This document shows positions 51,001 to 63,000 of a DNA stretch of 64,000 nt, piece after piece. Positions within the stretch are counted from its first letter, which is position 1; each line of letters begins with the position of its first letter. Source of the stretch: an uncultured Planctomycetales bacterium. GTDB taxonomy: Bacteria; Omnitrophota; Gorgyraeia; Gygaellales; Profunditerraquicolaceae. The position numbers were made by a program, and so were the translations under genes. The notes under the pieces are model-generated. The model did no database searches. It saw nothing but the letters and a program-made list of their open reading frames with translations, and was not told where the DNA came from. The stretch spans positions 3,693-67,692 of the forward strand of contig CAZRVK010000003.1 of assembly GCA_964603585.1 (NCBI GenBank). Direction: 5' to 3'.

Positions 51001-54000
51001 AACAGCTGTATGCGATGCTGAACCGGTTTATGAATGGAGCTTTTATCACGATAGTAAAGACAGCGGCGACTCATTGTGTGTTTGTATAACAAAGAAGATC
51101 AAATCTTCTCTGCATACTACCCTTAACCAGATGTTACAGGCATTTATGCACGGGTTTGCGGAGAAAACATGCGGTGTGTCTCACCAGGATGCCTGGAGGT
51201 TAGAACGCTTCTTAAATGACAGGATAGAAAACAGGTTTATTAGCGAGTTAGATGAACTTATTATTTTAGAAGCGGCTGGGCATAAGAATATAGAGTATTT
51301 ATCTAAAGTCGCACAACAAAAGGATTATTGGGAGTATATGAGACCCAAGCTCCCTGCGGATATACGCCAGGCTGTAGTAAAAGCAATAGAATCCCGGAAG
51401 GTAAAAGAAGTAGTTCCCATTCCGGTTAAAGCGCCCATCGAGACAATTCCCTTAAAAGAAGATCCTAAACCGGATATGAAGACCAGCGAAACTGGTTTTT
51501 CGGGGACGGCTGTTATGGCGCAAGAGATCTCGACCGGCGGTATTAAAGTTTTAAAGGTTACGGCGGGTGATGAAAAGCAGCCCGCAGGCGTAGTAAGAAA
51601 AATCGATATTGCCTATAAGCTTGCTTCGAAAGGCGATGCTGAATTGCACGCATCTTTACGCAGTAACGGCTATTTGACCAGGATAAATGATAATAGTTGT
51701 TCTGATAAAGAGTTCCTTATATCCGTAGTAGATAATCCGGATTTATTAAATGAGTTCCGTAATAATCCCGGTCGATGGGCAACTGTTAAGGATAGTAAAA
51801 TTTTCCCTCAAGCCTGGCAGGAAATTATTTGTCATCCTCTGTCAAATAATCCGCCCGCCCAAGATGCAGATAAACAAGATGTTGAGGAAGCATTACCAAA
51901 GAATAGATCTACATCCGCAGAGCTTTTTCAAAAAGAGTTTGCGCGGATAGGAAAGCGCGCGTTAATTGTCACTGTCTGTCAGCTTGGTTTGAACCGCAGT
52001 GTTCGTATGGAGTTGGTTTTAGAATGGCTTTTACACCACGGCAAGGTCAAGGATTCCAAGGAGAGGATAAGAAGATTATCGGATTTTTACGCAGTTGTGT
52101 CTTCCGGGATAGAAGCAGAAATTGATACTGCTAAATTGGAAGAACGCGCCTCGGCTGTAATATTAGCCGAAGCAAAAGAACTGGGTATAGAAAAACCGGT
52201 TTGTGATACGGTTAGCGCGCGTTATTGGACTAAGCCTTTAACCAGGGAAGTTGTTGAACGGGCGGATTTAATTATTTTTGCGGAAGCATCTCATGCAGAA
52301 AAGGCTTTAGAGCAGTTCAAGGATATTCCGCGATTCGCCGAGAAATCGGTTACTTATTCCCAATTACGCGCGAAAGCTGGCCAGTCCGGTAATGATCTGG
52401 CTGATTCCCGCGGCAAAGAGTACCTTAAAGAAATAATTAAGGTGTTGCAGGCGCGCCTTAACTTCTTGACTTCTAAAGCACTGGCAAACGCCAGGGCCAG
52501 AAGATCAGAAGAGCATTCCTTGTGCATTATTCCCTTTACGTCTATCTTATTAATTTCGGTGATGATCATTATGGCTTTTGCTTTGGTTACACTTTTTGCC
52601 GCCCCAGGCAAAAGGATGGTTCAATCAACGCAAGATATACAATCGGCAGTTCAAAAAGCCTTGGGCGTAAGATTTATATCATTAGAAGAATCTCTTCGAG
52701 GATTAAAAAATACCGCTCAAGGTTCTATTCCTCTTGCAATGCCAAGCGATGAGGGGGTACGCCTGCAGCTAAATGCATTACAAGTTATTTTTAGCCGGGA
52801 ATTCATCGCGACTTTGGAATCCTTGTTGCTTCCAAGAATTTGTAATGAAGCGGTAAGGCTGGAAGTGCTGGAAATCCTTCGGCTGGCATTTGGTATGTGC
52901 AATGATGAAAGTGGCCAGGTCAAACGGACATCGATATACGCTGATCAGGCGGAGCAGATAATTGGCGTCATAATCGCCAATCTTGCAGCTATCAGAAAAA
53001 TGGTTTATTACGGGAATTCCCGCAAACTAAGAACGGCAGCAATGCAGCTGGTTGTTGATGCGGCACTCTATCGTTTTGAAACTCATGCAATCGATATCTT
53101 AGGCGACAGCGTGCGAGATCTAAAATCTCCCAGAAGCCGCGCAATCCGGGCTTTGGCTATTTGGGGGTTACGCAGCACATTAGAGAGAGGGAGTTTAAGG
53201 GCAAGAGAGGTTATCGATGAACGTATGCCCGAGCTGCAGGAAATCTTACTTGCCTGGCAAGATAAAGAGTTGGTTGCCGAGGCAATGGAGATCGTGAGGT
53301 TTGCTTCTTCGGTATATATGGTTTCCAGTGTAGAAGTTTTAAACAAGGTTAGGTTAATAAGTAGAAGCAAACAATTGCGTGATGAAGCAATTACGGCTTT
53401 AGAATATGCTTCAGATGTGCGGCATTTCGAGGAAGCGCAAGTAGCGCTCGGCCGCCGGGAAAGCGCTTCGTCATTACCGGAACATGCAAACCATGCGTTT
53501 GCGGTTTACCCAGCGATTGTTTTATTGTTGGTAGTATCAGTTGTTCTTTTACAAAAGATGTCATCTCCAAGAGCGCGCCGGACAATAGGCGAGGATGCTT
53601 TAGATGAGAGGGAAGAATATATTAGGCGTGTTAAGGAGGTTTTGTGTTTACTGGGGGAAGTAGCTTCAGATAGAAAAGAGTTTGCCTTGCGCAAACTAAT
53701 GAATTGGCGTTGGGGAAAGAGGCATCTTTACGGAAGGCGTAATTATCCCGCGCACATTATTATTGGACATCTGGATAATGGTACTTTTTATCCGCAGCAT
53801 AGAGACGCGATCCTGGAATATTTCCTGATGGATTCTACGATTGTGGTTTTGGCAACGCGGTTGCTTGTTTTTGCATATACGGATTTATGTGGCGGTAAAA
53901 GAAAAGCTATTGAGGAATTATTTGCATATATGGCTGAATTGTCCAGGCGGGTAGCCACTTACAGGCACGATGATATTCTTAGGGCGCTAATTATTGCAGC

Positions 54001-57000
54001 GGAAAATATTGATAATGACGCGGAGTATAGGCAAGCGGCGCTATCGTTAATCAAGAAATTTATTGCAGGTAATCAAGATGCAAATAGAAGGGTTTCACCA
54101 GGTGATAGTCAGTGTAAGGGTTCGTTTGCTGTGGCGCCAATTACTGTGCCTTTGGGAATGAGTCTGGCAAGTCTTACGGTATTATTTATGATCGCTTTAA
54201 GCGCATTCTTAATGGCTCAATCCCAGCGCGGTCCGCCGTCTTTGAGTGAGGATCAAGCATCCCAACATCAAGATATTAATCCCTCTGATGTTATAAGAAA
54301 AATCTCCCCATATTTATTAAGAGCAGTGATCCGGCTGCATGATTTTAAGGCAGATGGTGTGATCACCCGCATTTATCTGACCGGAAGTTTTGCCTGCGGT
54401 AAACTCAAAACACCTCCCGATGATATTGATTTTGCTGTAAGTATATCCAACAGCTGTTTCAGGCAGCTTCCTGATTCAAGCGAAATAAACCGGATGGCGG
54501 ATGAAATAGAAGGTATTGGCCGCCAGGCCGGTGTTGTTTTTCATCTTACCCTTGATGCCTTTGGCGAGGTATTTTCTCCTCACGAGGCCCTTATCGCAAC
54601 AGGTGAAGTAAGAAACCGCGCTTTGGTGGAATTGATGCAGAAAAACGGTGATCATAAGACAATATTGATCGACTTGACGGATGCCAATATCACCGGCGAA
54701 GGGTTTTTTAATAAACTATATGCGATGGCTTTAGATAAAAATGCTCATAGCCAATGTTCTTCTCTATTGTTTGCTCCGTATTTGGACTTCATTATCCAGG
54801 GAGGATTGATTTTTATTTTCTCGGCCTTTATTTTCGCGATTATTTATCGCTTAAGCCTGCCAGCCGAAGATTATAATATACACCTTTATCGAGAACTTAG
54901 AATGCCGCTGGATGATTACCTGGATTCGCAGGTAGCCTATTTCCTGGATGGCGCTTTTCTTAATGAGGATATAAATGCTGATCAGTTCGTATCGGATATC
55001 CTGCGGCCATTTAAGGCCCCGCGCTGGGATATCGCTAAAGCCTTCCTGATTTATTCTGCGGCAAGTTTTATTGCCGGGGCATTTGCTTTTGTTTTTATCC
55101 TTTGGATGATAATCCCTGGTTTTACTCCAGGATATATCATTAATTTTCTTGGGGTGTTCCTGTTTATTTATGTTGCCGCGTTATCGGCGGGGTTGATCTT
55201 TACTTATTTCAGAATGTTTTTGGGAAAAAATCTTTATTCTGGGGCAAAGACAGATCCTCGCGATGAGTTCTACAAACACTTGCTTAGCCATCTGGAAGAT
55301 ATTACTCTGGCGCATGCCAGGCCAAACTGGCAGCGCCAGTGTGCTTATTTCCTGTATTTGTCATTAGTGGAGATGGTGCATGCCGCGCCTGAATATCAAA
55401 GGATCCGTGATTTTGCCAGAAGAACCGATGTCCGGAAGTTTGAAAGAATATTCCCCAGGCCAGTTTTTAAAGCTGGTGCGTCATATAATCTTATCGCGCC
55501 GTTTGCCGCTTCCCCGGTATTGACTTTAACGATACTTTTAGTTATTTTTATCCTTCCTGTGCTGCATTCGATAAATCAACATGAAAAAAAGCGCCATTTG
55601 ATCTGGGAGAACAGCAGCCGTCCGAGCGGGTATGTTTTGCCTAAGATCACCCAGGCCAACAGCATATTGCGCCAGGCGCGTCAACTTGTGCGCACTCCGC
55701 TTGTCCCGATGCCGAGGTTAAGCCGTATTACCGCCAAACAGGTATTTTTAAAAGATGAATCGGTTCAAGCCGCGCATTCTTTTAAGATTAGAGGTGTGCT
55801 GGTAGAAGTCGATGAGGCGATCAGGCGGCATATTGAAGTGATAAAAAGATCTCCGGCGCTGCGGTTGATGCCGTTTTATTTAGTGACCCAAACTGTCGGT
55901 AATCATGGGATCGCGATGATAGAGGCGGTGCGGTTTTGTGTGGAGAAATACCGTGCGCTTTATCCTCAATACGCCCGGTCTATCTTGCGGATCGAGCCGG
56001 TTGTATTTACTAATGCATCTTTGCCGCAGGTAAAGCGCGAAGGATTGAATACCGCTTTGAAAGCTTACCGGGCCTTTGTAGGTAAAAGTGATCAGGGGAA
56101 TATTGATTGCCACTTTGGTAATTATTTACAGGCGCGCATGGCGCGGGAAGTATTTATTGCGCTTCATCCGGCAAACTCAATATATATGGCGCATGGCGGG
56201 TTGGATATTATGGCTGGGCATGCAAGCGCCGGCATAGAAATTGCCGAGCAGCTTAAAGGTTTGGGGATAGATAGCTCAAAAAAGGTTGTGCTGCTTATTC
56301 CGGTAGGCGCCGGCGGGCCCTTAGGTATTGCTGCGGGTTTAAAAATGGAGATGCCTGAAGCTTCAGCGGTTATGGTACAGAGCGATCAATATTCGGCATT
56401 TGTCGCCAGCCTCATTTCCGGCTCGCTTATGAAGAATGACCTTGCGCAGGCCGCACCGCTTGTCATTGATGGCAAGGATTTCATTTTTGAGGATGGTATT
56501 GCCGTAGATGCTCCGGAAAGAGCGGCGATAGATATCGCTAAATGCATCCTTAATGCTGCCGTTACAGTAGGTTCCTTGAGTGCTTTGAATCGCGCCGCCG
56601 CAATTGTCTATGCCGATCTTAGTGGGTTTTATGCCGGACAGGGTGCAGTGGTGGGAGGAACTACTGCCGTAACCGCAGAGGCCCTCTTAGAACATTCCGC
56701 CAATATCGAATCGCTCCGGCAGGCGGATGTAGCCGTAATTCTCGGTACCGAAGGGAATGTCGATGGGCATATTACCAGATATATCCGTCAACGCGCGCAA
56801 GTTCAGGAAGATGGAACAGCCTGCGCGCTCTTTCTTTCAGGGTTTATTTCTGTAGTATTATTGGTAATCGCATTTATGCTGATCTGCCCGGCGTTAGATA
56901 TCCGCTCCAGCAGACAGGGATCCGTTTTACTTACTCCGGATTATCTGCGCAGGCTCCGGCTCAAGATCACCAGCAATGGTGCGGATACCGCAAGACTGTT

Positions 57001-60000
57001 GCTTGATTTCTATAGATTCATGCTTATGGATCAACAATCCTTGGAAGGATTATGTTTATTGAGTGATTGCGCAATAGACAGGAGCGTTACGGTCGGATTC
57101 GGAAGGTTGAATCTGACATTCTTCGAGTTAGAAAAGTCAGAAAATATGCGTATCTGCGCGATTTGCCAAGGGAGCAACCTGGTTGGGCACGGGATTTTAA
57201 TATATTTGCCTCTTACGGGGACGGTAGGCTTCAGGTTCCAGATACACGCCGGCTCCACACTTATCTCCGGAAGGAATTTCAGGAATAAAGGATATGGCAC
57301 AGAGGCCTTGGTTGCTCTCATGGCAGCCTGCGTCAATTCGGGGATCTTTGGCAACAAAAGAATAAACAGATTCGAGCGTACCTTGAGTGTCGGAGATGTC
57401 GAGGACGATTTTCACTCTATCGACGGGTTTACGAGTTTCTTGGAATCCAGAGGGTTCACTCCGCAGGGAAAATTTATAATGCAAGGCGGTTATTCCGGGA
57501 GCAAGCCGTGGGTGTTATATAGCACTCAACGCAACACCGAAAACTTCGCATTTTTCTTCCCGGGCTTATTTGTGCTCGTAGTCTGCGCTTGTGTCCTTAG
57601 CTATCGTGAACTTACTGAACGTGATAGGACAGCATACGCCGCTATTAAATCAAAGTTTGCAAACGGCAATACTAACGCAAGTTCAGGGTTTGTTTTTATG
57701 GTGCCGATAATTCCTGTTTCTGGAGGGCTCTTGATCGGGGCATTATTTGTTTTGATGGCAATCAAATTATTCCGCAGCAGCAAGGTGTTCACCAGAGGCG
57801 AATATTCTTATCCGCAGCAGTTTGTACGCAAGGCCCAGTTATTAGATGGCGCCAAACAAGAGATAGAAAATATAACCTTTGCTCCTAACAGCGCCAAAAA
57901 AGTGAGCGGCGGGAATTTTGTCATTGGCGATGATTTCTTGCAGGAAGGAGGACTGCTTGTTTTTCGTATGCCCAATGGACAGAAATTCCTTTTAAGGCGG
58001 TCTCTGCATAAGGCTAATGCGCTTTCTATCGAGACGCTATCTGGTATCTCAAGAATCACACGCTGGCATAAATTACGCGGCAAATTTAAGCATGATACGG
58101 TTTTTAAGACCGGATTCCCCAGATATGAATTATTGTCCGATAGCCAGCAAATTTTTTCCCTTGAACTAAGCGGTAATTTTAAGCTGTATTCGATACCCCT
58201 GCATTTAAAAGACGGGCGGACCATTAAGGTATTCAAGTTCTATAATAATTCAATTCAAGAACAGACAATTTCTTTTTACTCTGCCCAGATAATTAAAACA
58301 ACCGAAACGGCCAAGGCAGGCGCCCAACTTAAGGCACAAGGAGCACCGGCTAAGAAGGTCCGTCCCCAGCAGGTTCCCCGGTATTTCCGCCGAGTCCTAA
58401 TCTCTATAAACCCGATAAGGTGGTTGTATGGGGTTTTCGGCCTGGCACGCACGGTACTTTTCTTCCGCAAGGCAATAGTCCTATTTATTCTGGGGGGATT
58501 AATTTCTGGCTCGGCATACGGAGTTTATCGCTATTGCATTGGTGTGCATGAAAGCGTTCTTGGGGTTGCTCATCCTGTGGACTTAAAACAAGAACATCCG
58601 CAGATCATCTGGAATGATTTTACCGATGAAAAGGTTTTGTCATCGAAAGAAATTTCTTTTGCTGTTGATCAGGCAGTAAAAGCAAGAAGCAAATTGCATG
58701 GCAATATAGTCAGCGTTGTGGTTACTGAAGATGAATCGAATAGAGATCCAAAAAACCACATACACAGGTTTAATGTCATAAAAGATCGGCTTAGTGAGGG
58801 GGTTAAGCGTGATTTAGTGGAAGTGCGCACTTTGTCGCAGGCAGATGTAGAGAGGCTCCAAGATACTATTTTTGAGGGGGACCTTAAATACCGGCAATCA
58901 ATTTTACTATTGATCGCGTATTCATTGCGGGCGATTGCCTGGGCACCCATTGCCGCAAGTTTGATCTTTCTTGTGTGGGCATGGCGGAATTTGCGCGATA
59001 AATACAGAAGCATATCAAGCATGTCGCAGGTTAGAGACTATGCCCGCGAGGGAAAGATATTCGGTGCGGTTATGGAAGATGCTTCTGCTGCGGACAATCT
59101 TATTATGTACGGTGCGCGTAATAGCCCGCTCTCCCGAGAAGTGAGTGGATGGCTGGCGGATAATTTCGATGAAGAAGAAAATAAGACTCGCGCGCAGCAA
59201 AAAAGAGAACGTGAAGCCGAGCGCCGCCAGGGACAAAGGAAGAGAAATAGAGGTAAGGGGGAACTTAACGGCGATGATAATAGCATTAATTTCTCATTAG
59301 GTTCGCCGCTGGCGATAGCAACAACCAGTATCTCCGGTTTGGTTTTAATTACTTTAATCGCATATTTATTAATCGATAGTAGTTCATGTCGCCCGCTGGT
59401 AAGGGAAGAAAAGGCTTCGAAAGACACAAGATGGGGGCTTGATATTGGAAACGGGAAAGATCCTTGTTGCTCAGAGTATGTCCTCGAAAAGGGATTAGCA
59501 GATAAGATGGTTATGGTGAATATGGATACGAAGGAGTACGATTTATCGGATTTAAACAGCCATCCGTGTATACGACACTTAATTGGCAGTCCCTTAAGAC
59601 TCCCTTTTGCCAACGAATCCATGCATCTGGCGATATTCGGTGTCTCGCTTTATTATGCCATTTTGGGAAAATACTCCGGAAAAGACGGCAATAGCGGTGT
59701 TGACTTAACTACTTTGGCAGAGGCGACAGTCGCAGATGTTTTTAAGGAACTCAACAGGGTCCTTTGTTTCGGAGGCGATGTAATTATCAGCATCGGCATA
59801 TTTAAACTGCTGGGTGAATCCAGGTTTATCAATCAAGCGATGATCAAGGAAAATCTCGGAGCATTCGGATTTGATGTAATAGACCAGGGCGTTATTACTG
59901 ACGATGAGCCTTGGACGATTAGGGCAAAAAAGTCAAGGAATGAAGGAGGCGTTTCTATCTCTTCCAGTTCTTCTGTGTTTATGCCGCTGGCAATGACGGG

Positions 60001-63000
60001 CATGAATAATAGTGTTTTCCTTGCGCTCTTGTGCTCTTGTGCGCTTGTACTTTCGGTATTGTGGGCAACCGGAAATCCGCGCAGCTTGTCTGATAAGCTC
60101 TATCAGTATTATTGGGATAAAGGTCTTGATTTGGCCAAACGCTTTGGCCAATTACAGCAGGGAGGGTTACCTAAGCCCCGGGCTTTTATGGCACTGTTGG
60201 AGGAAGCAAGAGAAGAAGATGCCGATTTTAAACTGCTTAACGAGAGTAATTTTCAAGACGTCTTAAGCGGATTAAGAAGTGACGATGTAACTGCCACCGG
60301 TGATTCTTCTGCCTGCTTTTCGGTTGCGCCGCCTGGTTTATCCGGAGCCTCGAGTAATTTTCTTGCCTCAATTGATACAACCGGGCAGCCGGTGATTATT
60401 ATAATCGGCCTATTTTTTCTCGTTCTAATAAGAAGATGGGGTTTTTGTTATATGATTTGGTTAGCCATTTCCAATGTTTTTGCAGTTCTTAAATATTTCG
60501 GAAATACGCCTTCCCGAGTAAGGCTTATAAAGAATGAAATTAGTTCAGCAAAGACTCCAGGAAAAACAGTTTTACCGTATATGACAGGGATTAAGTGCGG
60601 GAATGAGGGGATCTGTAGATATGCATTTTATCATGGGTTAGCGGCGTCTTATCACGGTGGAGTATTTGCAGATATTGGTTCTTCATCCGGATACCAGTTG
60701 GCAGTGGCATTGTTAAGCAGTGGGGCAAGAAAGGTATATAACGTAGATCTTTCTTTCCCGAGAGCCGGGCAGCATACAATTATCGCGGGCCTTGAGAATA
60801 TAAAGGATGATGCTTTCAAGATGTCTTCGTTTGCATCTGGTAGTTGCGATGCTGCAATTATGCATGATTCCTTGATCAGCATTATTGGATTACATCCGGA
60901 TATTTTGGTTGCCGAAGGATTGTTTATTGATCCGGGTTTTTCTGAATTGCAGGTTGCGGCCAATCGCTATAACGATAAATTCGCCAGGTTGATCGAAGAA
61001 ACTATGCGTATAGTAAGAGCAGGAGGCGTGCTTGTGATCTGTCTTTTAAGGGATAATTTTAAAGGTTTAGGAGAAGACTGCGCCGATACCTGGTACGATT
61101 TCTACGTTCATTGGATCACAGCGCAGCTTTTAGAGATGGGATTGGCTTACGAATATATAGAAAAAGAACATTCTTTGTATATAAAAGTAATGAAGTCCAC
61201 GGATGTTTTGTGCACATCTTCTAACGCACCCTTTGCAAATAAACACGGTTCTTTTAATTATTTCGGCTTGGCTTTTGCCGTACCATTCTTAGCTATCAGC
61301 CTTATTCTTATTATTGGGGGGATCGCATTAATCTTTATTCTTGTGATTGAGCTCCGGCAGCTGCGCAGGCTTAAAGTATTATACAAAAACTCATATGATC
61401 AGGCGTTTATTCTGGAAAAAAGATTAGAAGGGTTGCTTTGTATTATAAAAGAGCCCGATGGTGAAAGTTCACAACTCTTGCTTAATTACCGGGAATTTGA
61501 CCTATTACAGGATTGCAGGAATTTCTTGAAGCTTTGGGAAGGGGCAATAGAAGAACTGGAAACGGCTAAGTTCCGGAAAATGTTTTTGTTACGTCCTTTA
61601 CAGAGAGAAGCAATTGCTAATGCCGGTTTGCTGCTTATTGGGCAAATGCGTTATGTTTTTAGCCTGGTCAGGCCGATGAACGAAGAGTTAATGTGTTTGA
61701 TTATCGGTTCAGATTTAAGGCGTCAGATAGATGAGGATAGTTTAGGAGAATTGAGGCGCGTGCAACACGAATTTAACGTTTTATTTTTCTCCGCCAAAAG
61801 GTTAAGAAGAAGGATCAATCGTGTTTTGCATGCATGGAAGATAAAAATAGATCCGCGGGTATCTATAGGAGGATCCCGGCGCCAAGGGCATTCTATTACC
61901 GCGCAATCGATGTTTGAGGCGGCTTGTAATTATCCGATGGTAAAAGTCGAGTTCCAGCGATTAGGGGAGGCGCTTTTGGAATTGGTTCAAAGAGCCCAGA
62001 GGCAAGGGGCGATTACTTTGCGCGGCCCGCCCGCAGAGTTTGTGATCGCCAAGAACGACGGGTTGAATTGGGCTATTTTGCCGGAAGAAATTTATCGTCT
62101 GCTTAACGGGTCTGGGTTGAACGCCCAGGAAATTATTGCGCAGATCGTTTTACATGAGTCATACCCTGATGAAGCCTCGGCCCAAGAGGCACAAGCACGT
62201 CATTTCATGTTAGCCCGCCGCGCAAAAGAAGCAATCCCTCAATTTATTTCAGCATGTTCGGTCACGCGCATCGGTATTGCATTTCGCAGTATGCTGCACG
62301 GCAGAGAGGTTTTAGATGCCTCTCAAGAGATATTGGGAGCAAAGCTTATCCTTATTAATTTACGCCGCCAAAAAACACTTAAAGAGTGCATTCTATTTCA
62401 GGGGATAATAGGTGATTTAGAAGAAATGTATTCCTGGTTCCAGGTATTTGTTGGGAAGGTAAGCAGTGAATCAAAACAGGATAAATTATCCGCAGTTAAT
62501 GCTCTGAATTCCCTCAAACAGCTGGAAGGTTTTGCTGTGAGGTTAAGGGATATACGGGATTCCCTGTGTCAGCTGCAAACTGAAGTTTCTTTTGCCGGAT
62601 CTGCGATCATTGATTGTTTAGGAGATGCCTCTTGTGCGTGCCATCAGGCGGTCATACGGTTAGAGAACCGTATAAGATTTGCCCATGCTGCCCCTATGTT
62701 ATCTTTGGAACCTATAGAAGGGATTGTAAAAGCAGCTTGCCAAAATCAGCCGCAGGTTAAGATAGAAGTTATTCTGGAATCCGGTTGTCTTGTGCTCGCG
62801 GATAGATTGTCTTTGACCAGTGCTATCTTGAATATCGTGAATAATGCGGTTTACTTCAATGATCAGCGTAATGTTCAACCCATGGCGAAAGTCAGAGTAA
62901 AAGTTACCCGTCAAAATGATAGCCTGCGTCTTGAAGTTCTAGATAATGGCCCTGGGATAATGTCTCAAATCATGCCGCATATTGGTTGTTTGAATTTTTC

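Noticed and set aside
59038-59622. Minus-strand ORF of 194 aa (the longest in the track), and all other minus-strand ORFs such as 10297..10788, 21451..21903 and 31477..31911
   Set aside because: All are short, low-complexity (Ser/Leu/Ala-rich), have no recognisable motifs and lie antisense to a continuous, domain-rich + strand frame. They are best explained as shadow ORFs of the giant gene.
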